Below are positions 9,324-18,795 of a DNA stretch of 57,371 nt, one piece after another. The translations under genes and the position numbers were made by a program. Where the stretch lies: the IMG/VR virus record IMGVR_UViG_3300028797_000122, one strand, 5' to 3'. Below the pieces are notes generated by a model that searched no databases, had not been told where the DNA came from, and was given only the letters and a program-made list of their open reading frames with translations. Origin of the DNA: an uncultured virus (IMG/VR IMGVR_UViG_3300028797_000122). Lineage: Duplodnaviria; Heunggongvirae; Uroviricota; Caudoviricetes. The first letter of the stretch is position 1. Every line of letters starts with the position of its first letter.

Positions 9324-10187
9324 ATGGCTAAATTTGCTATTAGCGTCAATGGTGGTGGCGCACTTGGTATTGGTCCCCTGCATTTCATGAGAAGGCTCGA
9401 ATCGGCTCTTGGAAAGCCGCTTACCGAGATGGCCGTTGCCTATGCTGGCACATCCACGGGCGCAATCATCGCAGCATGCCTGTCCGAGGGCATCAACGCT
9501 ACCAACCTGTTCGACCTGTACGACAAGAACCTTTCCAAGATATTCACCAAGTATTCGTGGTACAAGAGGTTGCAGCCTAGCTGTCCGACCTATGACAACA
9601 GCAACCTGAAGAAGCTGTTGCAGGAGAAGTTGAAGGGAAAGTGCAAGGACTGGAAAAAGCCTACCTACATCACGACAACTTTCATGAACGGAAAGTCCGT
9701 TGAAAAGGTATGGGATAACAAGGACGACCAAGACAAGTGGTTTGCGGTACTTTCTTCTACGGCGGCCCCGACATATTTCGATGTCCTCTCGAAGGACGGA
9801 AACTATTACTGTGACGGAGGCATGTGGTCAAACTCTCCGATTATGGTGCTTGAATCTGGTTTGAAGCGTGACTATCCTAACTGGAAGAATGTCAAGCTGC
9901 TCTCGTTCAACACGGGCATGGATACCCCGAACGATGACACCAAGGGAAACCGCAACTTGCTCCAATGGGGCGAGTACATCCTTGACAACTGGGTTGCAAG
10001 GGCTGGCAAGAGCGACCTCTTCGAAGCTCAGGCAAACCTCGGCAAGGAAAACGTGTACGAAGTGTCTCCTACGGTCAAGAAGAAATATAAAATGGATAAC
10101 CTGTCTTTGAAGAACGAGGTTATCCAGATTTGGGACAATGAATTCAACCGCATCGGTGACGAAGTGGTCAAGTTCATCAAGGGTTAA
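9324..10187 (+). CDS. patatin-like phospholipase
   Basis: GGGALG, GTSTG (GxSxG), SSTAAPTYF, DGG. Confidence 0.92.
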   Translation: MAKFAISVNGGGALGIGPLHFMRRLESALGKPLTEMAVAYAGTSTGAIIAACLSEGINATNLFDLYDKNLSKIFTKYSWYKRLQPSCPTYDNSNLKKLLQEKLKGKCKDWKKPTYITTTFMNGKSVEKVWDNKDDQDKWFAVLSSTAAPTYFDVLSKDGNYYCDGGMWSNSPIMVLESGLKRDYPNWKNVKLLSFNTGMDTPNDDTKGNRNLLQWGEYILDNWVARAGKSDLFEAQANLGKENVYEVSPTVKKKYKMDNLSLKNEVIQIWDNEFNRIGDEVVKFIKG

Positions 10188-10861
10188 CGCTTTGGCTGGG
10201 GATAGGTCACCTTCGAGTTCGAATGGATGTCGTATCCCCTCCATTCCATCCAGTAACCCATAATGTATTCTGAAAGATACCCGTAAAGGCGGGGTTCCAG
10301 TTTACCGTGCATCACGTCAACGGTGAACTTTTCCAGCATTGGGAAAAGGAACCTGGAGTAGTCGTCGACTACCCTCTTGTTTCCGATGAACATGTTGCAT
10401 CCGTAGTATCCACGTTCGGTAAGCATGCGGTTCATCATGTAGTCCACAAATTCGCTGGAATATCTGTCCCTAAGGTACATGAACCACTTGAACATCATTT
10501 CCTTCACGATGGTATCGGTGCTTGCGTTAGGGTTGTGCTTTTCCCTTGCAATCCATGACATGACGTTCGGCGAATACAGGTGGTTTGGGGACATGATGAT
10601 GTCGTGGCTGGACAATATGTTTTTGATTGTGTCTTCCTGGAGTAGACGGTCTGGCGTCTTGACATCTTCCGTGAAAAAGCGGCGATAATGTTCAAGGCCG
10701 ACGATGTCGGTGTTTACCTGTTTCCACAGCTTGTATAGACCTCCAAGCTCGCAGAAGTAATGGTGGTCAAGGTAGCAGTTGGTCAAGTTGTAGAAGGCAC
10801 GGGGACGGCCTACGCTGACAGGCACCAGTGTCGGGTCGAGTCCGCAAATAAGGATAAGCAT
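10184..10861 (-). CDS. DUF4422 family glycosyltransferase
   Basis: FCELGGLY, VGLEHYRRFF, CNMFI, R.YGYLSE; start MLILICG coupled to the upstream stop. Confidence 0.8.
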   Translation of the reverse strand: MLILICGLDPTLVPVSVGRPRAFYNLTNCYLDHHYFCELGGLYKLWKQVNTDIVGLEHYRRFFTEDVKTPDRLLQEDTIKNILSSHDIIMSPNHLYSPNVMSWIAREKHNPNASTDTIVKEMMFKWFMYLRDRYSSEFVDYMMNRMLTERGYYGCNMFIGNKRVVDDYSRFLFPMLEKFTVDVMHGKLEPRLYGYLSEYIMGYWMEWRGYDIHSNSKVTYPQPKR

Positions 10862-12339
10862 TAGAGTTCCTCCCTGCAAATAACGGTTCTTTCGGTTTCT
10901 TCCAGGTCGCTGAGGTCCTTGTTGAAACGGATGTGGGGTTGCAGTTTCAATTTGTACTTGTTGAACAGGAGCCATGAGCCGAAGGTAAATTCGCCTAGGT
11001 AACCGATGTGACGGAATTTCTTTTCCGAAACCGGGTACTTCTTCATGAATTTTCTGGTGTTCGGGAACAGCCATTCGCAATACTTGTCTATCAGCTCCTT
11101 CTTGGCGATAAACATGTTGCAGCAAATGAGCATGTCGTGATGCAGCCTGTCAAGGCAGAACTGCTTGAAACCGGGGGTTCCTTCCTCGACGATATCCAGC
11201 CATGCGTTGAACATCTTCGTATAGTGGGATACTTCGAGGAAGCTGTATGCGCTCCTTCCTTTGGTGTGCTGGTGGAATGCGACGATGGCGTCGTATTTTT
11301 CGAGAATTTCGAGGGCATCGCTTTTCGGGAGGATGTTGTACGAGCTATTTACATCGTAACTTCCGTTGTCCTGCATGACGAAGCATCTGCGGTAATGTTC
11401 GAGGCCGACATACTTTGCCTTACTGTGCTTGTGCAGGTAATACAGGGCCGTCAGCTCGCAGAACCACGGGTTGAACTTGTCGATGTTCGGCTCGTCGTGT
11501 TCCTCGTCAACAAAGAAGAATTTGCGGCACGGGTCGTTCTCGATGATTCTGGCAACACGGTTCTTCGTGGACGATACTACATAGACTTCCATTTCTTCGT
11601 CAGGGTCACCTTCTTTCTTCAACGGCAGTGCGTGTGAAATAGGAGGGAAGAGTTTGTCGTAATACTTTTGCACCGCCTCGATGATTGCTTCCTTGTTCTG
11701 TGGTTCTGGAAGTTCTAATGCGGGTGAGAGGTGCCTGATGTCCAGTTCGTAGTCGGCACATACAATCGCCATGAAAATGTAGGCGGTATCTTCGTTCATC
11801 GGAACCGTGTCGAAATCGAACTCGTGCATGAATGTGAACATCGTCGAGTCGGATGGCGGATACAGAGTGTCCTGCGGGCACACGATTTCGTAATACTTGT
11901 TAGACAGGTTCGTATCTTTCCTCTTCTCGGCAAGAGAGGAGAAGGTCGCAACTGGCTTGTCATCGTTCCGTGACACCTTGACCAGGTTGAAAGCTGCGGT
12001 GCAGATGCTTCTCGGGAATTTCTCGTGCATCCTGTACAGTCCTTCGAGGCAGTTCGAATCGTAGTTGATTCCCGACTTTACCGAAATTATAGGAAGTGAT
12101 GGGTATTCGTCCATCCCGTATACGATTGCCGCCAACGGGTCGTCCGTGGGTGCCATCAGATGGGTGCTTACCCTGTTCATTTCCTTGATTGCCTCGGGGA
12201 CGGTAAACCCTTCCGTTTCGGTCTGGATGCACAGAAGTACGTTGATTTCTGGATTCTTGTTCAGGATTGAGCATACTGTCTTGCGGCATTGGCCCAATTC
12301 ATGTTCTTTAACTTGCAAAACGGCGATAGCTTTTGTCAT
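10861..12339 (-). CDS. GT-like N-domain plus DUF4422 glycosyltransferase
   Basis: NPWFCELTALY, VGLEHYRRCF, CNMFIAKK...YCEWLF, R.IGYLGE. Confidence 0.82.
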   Translation of the reverse strand: MTKAIAVLQVKEHELGQCRKTVCSILNKNPEINVLLCIQTETEGFTVPEAIKEMNRVSTHLMAPTDDPLAAIVYGMDEYPSLPIISVKSGINYDSNCLEGLYRMHEKFPRSICTAAFNLVKVSRNDDKPVATFSSLAEKRKDTNLSNKYYEIVCPQDTLYPPSDSTMFTFMHEFDFDTVPMNEDTAYIFMAIVCADYELDIRHLSPALELPEPQNKEAIIEAVQKYYDKLFPPISHALPLKKEGDPDEEMEVYVVSSTKNRVARIIENDPCRKFFFVDEEHDEPNIDKFNPWFCELTALYYLHKHSKAKYVGLEHYRRCFVMQDNGSYDVNSSYNILPKSDALEILEKYDAIVAFHQHTKGRSAYSFLEVSHYTKMFNAWLDIVEEGTPGFKQFCLDRLHHDMLICCNMFIAKKELIDKYCEWLFPNTRKFMKKYPVSEKKFRHIGYLGEFTFGSWLLFNKYKLKLQPHIRFNKDLSDLEETERTVICREEL

Positions 12340-12386
12340 TGTCGCTCCTTTAATCGCAATTAAAATATATTTTTGAAGTCAAACTC

Positions 12387-12415
12387 TTGCCAACCGTTTT
12401 TAAATAATCTATATT
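12387..12415 (+). promoter_or_regulatory. sigma70-type early promoter
   Basis: TTGCCA-N17-TATATT. Confidence 0.75.
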
Positions 12416-12422
12416 GCATGAC

Positions 12423-13235
12423 ATGAAACAATATCTCGATTTACTCCAAGACATTATGACGAACGGCGTTGACCGTTCCGACCGCACGGGTACAGGTACC
12501 CGTTCCGTTTTTGGCCGTCAGTGCCGTTATGACCTCACCGCAGGATTCCCGTGCCTCACCACGAAGAAGCTGCACCTCCGTTCAATCATTCATGAACTCC
12601 TTTGGTTCCTTGCAGGCGATACCAATATCAAGTATCTCCATGACAACAAGGTGACCATCTGGGATGAATGGGCTGATGAAAACGGTGACTTGGGCCCTGT
12701 TTATGGTCACCAGTGGCGTTCATGGCCGACACCAGACGGAGGCCATATCGACCAGATTAAGAACCTTGTCGTAAGCCTCAGAAATAACCCAGATTCCCGT
12801 CGCCATGTCGTATGCGCATGGAATGTGGCCGAAGTTGACAAGATGGCATTGCCGCCTTGCCATTGCCTGTTCCAGTTCTATGTCGGTGGCGTTGGCGATT
12901 CTGGAAAGCGCAAGCTGAGCTGTCAGCTCTATCAGCGTAGCGCCGACACCTTCCTTGGCGTTCCGTTCAACATCGCTTCCTATGCCCTTCTGACGATGAT
13001 GCTGGCTCAGGTCTGCGACTACGAACCGTGCGAGTTCGTTCACACCTTGGGTGACACCCACATCTACCACAACCATTTCGAGCAGGTTCATGAACAACTG
13101 TCACGAACCCCGAAGGCGTTGCCGACAATGAAGATTAACCCGGATGTAAAGGACATCTTCGCATTCCGCTACGAAGACTTCGAGCTGGTAAACTATGACC
13201 CGTATCCTTCAATCAAGGCGCCGATAGCAGTATGA
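12423..13235 (+). CDS. thyA: thymidylate synthase
   Basis: [44 protein letters not shown]. Confidence 0.98.
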   Translation: MKQYLDLLQDIMTNGVDRSDRTGTGTRSVFGRQCRYDLTAGFPCLTTKKLHLRSIIHELLWFLAGDTNIKYLHDNKVTIWDEWADENGDLGPVYGHQWRSWPTPDGGHIDQIKNLVVSLRNNPDSRRHVVCAWNVAEVDKMALPPCHCLFQFYVGGVGDSGKRKLSCQLYQRSADTFLGVPFNIASYALLTMMLAQVCDYEPCEFVHTLGDTHIYHNHFEQVHEQLSRTPKALPTMKINPDVKDIFAFRYEDFELVNYDPYPSIKAPIAV

Positions 13236-13855
13236 TTATCTCGATGATTGTAGCAATGACCCCCGATATGATTATCGGGAACAACGGTCACCTTCCTTGG
13301 CATATCGGCTCGGACCTGAGACGGTTCAGGCGGATTACGTCGGGACACCACATCCTTATGGGCCGTGTGAACTACGAGGATATCGGCAGACCGTTGCCTG
13401 GACGAACCAACCTCATCCTTACCCGTGACAAGGATTTCAAGGCAGATGGGTGCTTCACGGTGTCTTCCATCGAGGAAGCCATCAAGATGGCCGAGGCTGC
13501 TGGCGAGACCGAACTTTTCGTCATCGGAGGCGCCTCCGCTTACAGGGCGGCCATGCCGTATGCCGACAAGCTGTACCTCACAATCGTGTGTGCCAAGGTC
13601 GAAGGCACGGTAAAGTTCCCGCAGGAATGCTGGACTACCGAATGGAAGCAGGTCGGCAACAACGCCCACGGTCAAAGATACGAAATCCCCGTTGTCTATC
13701 CTGACTCTAACGACGACTTCAATACGCTGTATTGCACGTTCGTAAAGGATTCGTATTTCGACAAGACCGGGTTAGAACCTAATTACCTTCCGGCGTACGT
13801 TCCTGATTTTAAGGATTTGTACGCCGCAACAATTATGAATATGGAGACAAAATGA
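13232..13855 (+). CDS. folA: dihydrofolate reductase
   Basis: IG..G.LPW, MGR, PLPGR.N, VIGG. Confidence 0.93.
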   Translation: MIISMIVAMTPDMIIGNNGHLPWHIGSDLRRFRRITSGHHILMGRVNYEDIGRPLPGRTNLILTRDKDFKADGCFTVSSIEEAIKMAEAAGETELFVIGGASAYRAAMPYADKLYLTIVCAKVEGTVKFPQECWTTEWKQVGNNAHGQRYEIPVVYPDSNDDFNTLYCTFVKDSYFDKTGLEPNYLPAYVPDFKDLYAATIMNMETK

Positions 13856-14241
13856 ATCTAATTTACGTTTTCTTTATGATGCTGTTCCTTCACGTCCTTG
13901 ACGACTTTCACTTCCAGGGATGTCTCGCCAATTTGAAGCAGAAGTCTTGGTGGGAAACACACGCCCCGGACCCGATGTACAAGTATGACTGGATTCCGGC
14001 CCTTGCTGCCCATGTCATCACTTGGACCATGTTCATTATGCTTCCCTGCGTAATCTTCATGGATGTACCTGTCTGGCTTGTCGTTGTGCTGTTCGTCGCT
14101 AACTGCGCTTTCCATTTCTGGATTGACGACTTGAAGTGCAACCGCATGGCGTTGAACCTTATCGAGGACCAGCTTTTCCACCTTTCCCAAATAACCCTCA
14201 CCTTCCTCGTCTGCTGGAAGATTCCCGCAATGTTCGTCTAA
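13852..14241 (+). CDS. DUF3307-like membrane protein
   Basis: H.LDDF.FQ, HF.ID..K, DQ.FH with TM helices. Confidence 0.75.
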   Translation: MNLIYVFFMMLFLHVLDDFHFQGCLANLKQKSWWETHAPDPMYKYDWIPALAAHVITWTMFIMLPCVIFMDVPVWLVVVLFVANCAFHFWIDDLKCNRMALNLIEDQLFHLSQITLTFLVCWKIPAMFV

Positions 14242-14252
14242 AAGGAGATAAC

Positions 14253-15128
14253 ATGAGCCACTACACCACATACGTTGTCACGAAGACAAACGACAAAGAA
14301 GAACTTGACAAGCTGATGCTGCCGTATCATGAATACGAATGCACGGGCATGACCGCTTATTGCGTCTATGTAGACAAGACTTCCGAATTCCACACTGATT
14401 ATGATAAGAATAAAGAGGATTATGAGTCTCCCGAAGAGTTCTTGGAGTCGTGGTATGGTATTAAATCTGACCGTATCTATGAAGATGAACCTGCGGAAAA
14501 GCCAGAAGACTCGTATGCTGTCGTCAATAACGGCGAGGTCAAGAAGGTCTACACCTTTACAAATCCGAACCATAAGTGGGATTACTATACCCCGTTTGAC
14601 TGGGCTGGCTGCACTTTTGTTAAAGCCGGGGTTAACGTTGAAGGTGTGAAGGCTATTCAAAAATCTCAACTTGACATCGACACTTTCATGGATGCCAGAA
14701 AGAAGTATTTCAGTGAAGTGTACAACAAGTTGAAACCTTATTTCAAACCAGATTTCATTAGCTGGGAAGACGCACGTAAACAAAATGGAGATGACATTCC
14801 CAAGGCAAGAGAAGTCTACAACAATCAGCAGAGCGTCAAGGATATGATGGCTGGCATCGGCTCGACCGAACTGTTCCATATCAGATGGTCAATCAGTGTT
14901 GATGACATCGCTGTGATGACCGAAGAACAGTTTGTCGATAACAACATGCGTGAAGCAGCCCCGTTCTGGGCTATTGTCCTTCCGACGGGCGAATGGGTAG
15001 AACACGGCCACATGGGCTGGTGGGCTGTCAGCTGGGATGAAGACAAGGATTTCAGCAAGACCTGGACGGAAATCTGGAAAAAACTTCCTGACGACTGCTA
15101 TGTCTGGCGCTGTGATTGCCATACCTAG
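14253..15128 (+). CDS. phage hypothetical protein
   Basis: AGGAG RBS; MSHY...NP..KWDYY...GEW.E.G.MGW...DCH pattern recalled from phage proteins. Confidence 0.8.
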   Translation: MSHYTTYVVTKTNDKEELDKLMLPYHEYECTGMTAYCVYVDKTSEFHTDYDKNKEDYESPEEFLESWYGIKSDRIYEDEPAEKPEDSYAVVNNGEVKKVYTFTNPNHKWDYYTPFDWAGCTFVKAGVNVEGVKAIQKSQLDIDTFMDARKKYFSEVYNKLKPYFKPDFISWEDARKQNGDDIPKAREVYNNQQSVKDMMAGIGSTELFHIRWSISVDDIAVMTEEQFVDNNMREAAPFWAIVLPTGEWVEHGHMGWWAVSWDEDKDFSKTWTEIWKKLPDDCYVWRCDCHT

Positions 15129-15143
15129 TTTGAGGAACTGTAT

Positions 15144-15419
15144 ATGGAAAAGAGAAAAATCAAGCTGCTTGTCAGCGTAGAGTATCAGCCAGAACTTCTG
15201 CACAACATTAGAGATGAATCCAATAAACTGATTGACCAGGTTAATGAAGAGCCGACTTCCGCCGATATTGCTTTGATGGATGAAAAAATCAAGGACAGTA
15301 TCGAATGTGCGTTGGATAACCTGTTCGACGATGGATTTGATTATCCAGGCCGCAAGGATTATTTACTGAACCACGGCGACGCCAGATATAAAGTTGTTAC
15401 GTTTGTGAGGATTAACTAA
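15144..15419 (+). CDS. hypothetical protein
   Basis: ORF with RBS in operon. Confidence 0.7.
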   Translation: MEKRKIKLLVSVEYQPELLHNIRDESNKLIDQVNEEPTSADIALMDEKIKDSIECALDNLFDDGFDYPGRKDYLLNHGDARYKVVTFVRIN

Positions 15420-15432
15420 ATTCAATCGGAGG

Positions 15433-15711
15433 ATGAATATGAATACTGACAAGGGAACTATTATTGGTGAAAACCGAACATACCGTCTTCTCGACCTGTT
15501 CGCAGACCTTGCTGGCAGGGTGCATACCTACGGCCCCAACGCCGTAATCAGATTCACAGGTAAGGGATGGCAGGTGGAAGCCCGCAAGGCGACTCCTCCT
15601 GAACGCCGTCTGATTGGAATGGTGTCCGACCTAGTGGACGCATTGAAGCAATATCATCCAGACACGAAAGTCACTATCGTGGACGGACAGGGAACGATGC
15701 GTTTCGGGTAA
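15433..15711 (+). CDS. hypothetical protein
   Basis: ORF with GGAGG RBS. Confidence 0.7.
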   Translation: MNMNTDKGTIIGENRTYRLLDLFADLAGRVHTYGPNAVIRFTGKGWQVEARKATPPERRLIGMVSDLVDALKQYHPDTKVTIVDGQGTMRFG

Positions 15712-15714
15712 TGT

Positions 15715-16329
15715 ATGGCTAAGTATAACGAAAAGTGGAACGAGCATTGCGACCGTCTGATTAAGATTGCCGACTCAATCGAGTTGCACAAGCTTACCAT
15801 CCTTACGGGAAGCAACGCTTCTGGCAAGTCTGTGATACGCAAGATTCTGCCGAAGTACATCGCACAGAAGCTGAATCTCGACTCCCCAGAGCATTGCGTG
15901 TCGTCCCTTTCGTTCATGACGAGAGCAGGACTGAACTACGCATGCGGCATCAACTTTCTACGAGACAACGACTGGACTGCGACAAGCACGAACAGCGTGG
16001 ACAAGGCCAAGAATGTTCTGGGTTTCAGCGACAGGTTCCTTGTTCTTGACGAGGTTGAGCTTGGCATGGGGGAGGAACTGCAGCTTGCGTTCGCCCAGTA
16101 CATCAACTCGGTAAAGGAAAAGGTTCTGAAAGACAGTTACGGCCTCCTGGTCATAACCCATTCGAGAATCGTCGCAAGCACCCTGAACGAGGATGCCTTC
16201 TTCAACATTGACGGCTACGAGACGAAACAGGAGTGGCTTGACCGAAAGATTGAGCCTACCGACTTGGAGCAGTTCGAAAAGGATGCTATGGACCTTTTCT
16301 GTTGCATCCGTGACCGTTCAAAGTCTTGA
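15715..16329 (+). CDS. small ABC-type ATPase-like protein
   Basis: GSNASGKS, FLVLDE, ITHS H-loop. Confidence 0.75.
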   Translation: MAKYNEKWNEHCDRLIKIADSIELHKLTILTGSNASGKSVIRKILPKYIAQKLNLDSPEHCVSSLSFMTRAGLNYACGINFLRDNDWTATSTNSVDKAKNVLGFSDRFLVLDEVELGMGEELQLAFAQYINSVKEKVLKDSYGLLVITHSRIVASTLNEDAFFNIDGYETKQEWLDRKIEPTDLEQFEKDAMDLFCCIRDRSKS

Positions 16330-16354
16330 CAAGTTCTGCATTAGTAACTATATT
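16326..16354 (+). promoter_or_regulatory. sigma70-type early promoter
   Basis: TTGACA-N17-TATATT. Confidence 0.8.
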
Positions 16355-16384
16355 ATCCTTCGGACCTAAACCGAAGGATTTTTT
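16355..16384 (+). terminator. hairpin/terminator overlapping the predicted TSS and RBS
   Basis: ATCCTTCGG-7-CCGAAGGAT plus T run. Confidence 0.6.
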
Positions 16385-16386
16385 AT

Positions 16387-16788
16387 ATGGCAGTTATCGC
16401 AGTAGATTTTGACGGAACCCTTGCTCTCGGGGAAAGCTTTCCCGACGTGAACAAGTCCATCCCGAACCGGGTTCTCATCGATGCTTTAAAAAAGTTACAG
16501 AACCTTGGCCATAAGCTAATCATGTGGACCTGCCGTGAAAACTACGGTGGCCGCCACTACGAGGACGGTACTTACCTAGACGATGCCGTCCATTACTGTG
16601 AACAGCTCGGACTGAAGTTCGACTCCATAAACAACAATATCGGCGAGAAGGCTGGAGACCAGGGTATATATTTTGGCCGTAAAATCATGGCCGATATCTA
16701 CATTGATGACAAGAGCATGGTGGTTGAGCCGATAAACTGGGAATGGTATGTTGAGCATCTTTTGATGCGTTTTGGAAACACGCTGTAA
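16387..16788 (+). CDS. HAD-superfamily hydrolase (minimal, cap-less)
   Basis: AVDFDGT, WTCR, K..ADIYIDDK. Confidence 0.85.
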   Translation: MAVIAVDFDGTLALGESFPDVNKSIPNRVLIDALKKLQNLGHKLIMWTCRENYGGRHYEDGTYLDDAVHYCEQLGLKFDSINNNIGEKAGDQGIYFGRKIMADIYIDDKSMVVEPINWEWYVEHLLMRFGNTL

Positions 16789-16801
16789 CACGGGGGTTCC
16801 T

Positions 16802-17371
16802 ATGTACATGAGCGAAGACACTGAACTGAGAATAGCTGGGATTGAGGAAGAGTCGTTCGTTGACGGCCCTGGCATTCGTTTTGCCGTCTTCACCCAGGGT
16901 TGCAGCCACCATTGTCCCGAGTGTCATAACCCGGAGACCCACGCTTTCGGCAAGGGCAAAGTCGAGACTGCAGAATCCCTGCTGAAAATGATTGATTCGA
17001 ACCCGTTGCTGACAGGGGTTACACTCAGCGGTGGCGACCCGATGGAACAGGCTGTCCAGCTTCTCCCGTTCGCACACGGGGTTAAGCTAAGGGGTTTGAA
17101 CCTTATCATATACACGGGCTACTGCTACGAGATGCTCGTGTCCAAGTTTGCACATCCGGCGATGACGGAACTTCTTTCCTATGCTGACATCCTCGTGGAC
17201 GGCCCTTACATGAAGGACCTCCGTGACCTGTCGCTGACGTTCAGGGGTTCGTCAAACCAGCGTATCATTGATGTCCAGAAGAGCCTTGTAGAAGGGGAAG
17301 TCGTGCTTCATAAGATGCAGGTCGAGGAAATGAAGCTGAAGATGGGAGATTTAGGTAGATGGGGGGTTTAG
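16802..17371 (+). CDS. nrdG: anaerobic RNR activating radical-SAM protein
   Basis: VDGPGIR, CSHHCPECHN, SGGDP, RGSSNQR. Confidence 0.95.
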   Translation: MYMSEDTELRIAGIEEESFVDGPGIRFAVFTQGCSHHCPECHNPETHAFGKGKVETAESLLKMIDSNPLLTGVTLSGGDPMEQAVQLLPFAHGVKLRGLNLIIYTGYCYEMLVSKFAHPAMTELLSYADILVDGPYMKDLRDLSLTFRGSSNQRIIDVQKSLVEGEVVLHKMQVEEMKLKMGDLGRWGV

Positions 17372-17527
17372 GTGGTAGTGTCGGTTAGCGGATTGCTGTT
17401 TTCTATTGTTTTGGGTGTTATCGGAGCCATCATAGTGCTTTTGGTAACGGCAGGGCTGAGCCTTCTGTTCAAGACGCTCTGCAAGTTTTGCTCTTGGTTA
17501 AAAGAAAAATTTACAAAGGAAGTTTAA
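17372..17527 (+). CDS. small single-TM protein (51 aa, not in ORF track)
   Basis: GTG-started ORF filling the gap, long hydrophobic stretch. Confidence 0.5.
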   Translation: MVVSVSGLLFSIVLGVIGAIIVLLVTAGLSLLFKTLCKFCSWLKEKFTKEV

Positions 17528-17530
17528 TAT

Positions 17531-17713
17531 ATGCGTACACCACGAAAAGACATGTTTGTTTCCATATACGCCCTCGTCTGGGGTGTAACCGATATGGTTC
17601 TGTACTTTGTGTATGGCATGGATACGACGATGGTTTCAAATTGTGTGTTTATCATTCTGCTGATTGCTGTATTGATGTGCAGCCCTCTTATGCGATGGTT
17701 GAATAAAAAATAA
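17531..17713 (+). CDS. small 2-TM protein
   Basis: AGGA RBS, hydrophobic. Confidence 0.6.
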   Translation: MRTPRKDMFVSIYALVWGVTDMVLYFVYGMDTTMVSNCVFIILLIAVLMCSPLMRWLNKK

Positions 17714-17721
17714 AACACCCC

Positions 17722-17750
17722 TTGACAAGACTTTTTTAATGTTCTATATT
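17722..17750 (+). promoter_or_regulatory. sigma70-type early promoter of the NAD operon
   Basis: TTGACA-N17-TATATT. Confidence 0.8.
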
Positions 17751-17751
17751 T

Positions 17752-17781
17752 TCTCCTGTACAACCACAGGAGATTTCTTTT
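17752..17781 (+). terminator. hairpin/terminator overlapping the predicted TSS and the pncA RBS
   Basis: TCTCCTGT-6-ACAGGAGA plus TTTCTTTT. Confidence 0.6.
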
Positions 17782-18327
17782 ATGAAAAATAAAAACCTTA
17801 TCATCGTCGACATGCAAGTTGACTTCATCACTGGCGCCCTCGCCAATCCCAACCAAGAATGGGCACATACGGTAATCAAGAACATCTTCGAGCTACTCAA
17901 GAAATTTGATGGCAGGGTCTGGTTCACCCGTGACACTCATTCCATGAACTATCTTGAAACCCAGGAAGGCAAGAATCTTAAGGTTCCGCACTGCATCAAG
18001 GGCACTCCTGGATGGGAAATCATCTCTGAATTCCGCCCGTGGGTCAACGAACATAATGTCATCGATAAGAACACTTTTGGGTTCCCGTACTGGGGTGTTG
18101 TCCTCGGCGACCACGATACCTATTCTGGTATCGAAATTCCGCCGACCGAGGTCTACCTCGCTGGTACTGTAACTAGCATCTGCGTGGACAGCAATGCAAA
18201 CGGTGTCAAGACGGCGTTCCCCGAAGCTATCGTCGGCGTGTACAAGGACTGCTGCCTCGACGTCGACAAGAAACATCACGAAGCCGCATTGTTGGCAATG
18301 TCGGCAAAGCAAATCCAGATTCTCTAA
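17782..18327 (+). CDS. pncA: nicotinamidase (isochorismatase family)
   Basis: IVDMQVDF, RDTH, PHC..GT.GW, K, ICV catalytic/metal residues; operon context. Confidence 0.85.
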   Translation: MKNKNLIIVDMQVDFITGALANPNQEWAHTVIKNIFELLKKFDGRVWFTRDTHSMNYLETQEGKNLKVPHCIKGTPGWEIISEFRPWVNEHNVIDKNTFGFPYWGVVLGDHDTYSGIEIPPTEVYLAGTVTSICVDSNANGVKTAFPEAIVGVYKDCCLDVDKKHHEAALLAMSAKQIQIL

Positions 18328-18339
18328 AAAGGAAACATC

Positions 18340-18795
18340 ATGCTCTTAGATACATTAAACGACAAAATCAAGGAATTCATGAAAGCTCACGACACGGTAG
18401 GCCTGACTGCCCTCCGTACGCTCGTGTCCGACATCAAGAATGCGGCCATCGCTGCTCAGAAACCTGTTGACGACGCTATGTGTATCGCCGTTCTCGACAA
18501 GGCTATCAAGCAGAAGAACGAAACCATCGAAGGTTATGCCAAGGCTGGCAAGACCGAGCGAGCTGATGAAGAAAAGAAGACTCTCGAACTCTACAAGCAG
18601 TACATGCCTGCCCAGATGTCCGAAGACGAAGTTGTCGCTGAAATTGCAAAGGCTATCGAATCTACTGGCGCCTGTGAACAGAAGGATATGGGCAAGGTCA
18701 TGAAGATTCTTACGCCCATCATCAAGGGTCGTTTCGACGGCAAGGCTGCAAGCCAGTTGGTGGTCAAGGCGTTGCTTGCAAAGGCTGGTAAGTAA
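18340..18795 (+). CDS. GatB/YqeY domain protein
   Basis: K..MKA.D......LR, YMPAQMSE.E, DMGKVM, GRFDGK. Confidence 0.9.
   Translation: MLLDTLNDKIKEFMKAHDTVGLTALRTLVSDIKNAAIAAQKPVDDAMCIAVLDKAIKQKNETIEGYAKAGKTERADEEKKTLELYKQYMPAQMSEDEVVAEIAKAIESTGACEQKDMGKVMKILTPIIKGRFDGKAASQLVVKALLAKAGK

Noticed and set aside
9324..10187. Phage-borne CBASS system
   Set aside because: No CD-NTase or Cap2/Cap3 genes are adjacent to the patatin.
10862..11125. Long overlap or frameshift fusion between the two DUF4422 genes
   Set aside because: The extension is an alternative frame of the upstream gene; a coupled TAATG start at 10861 explains the junction.
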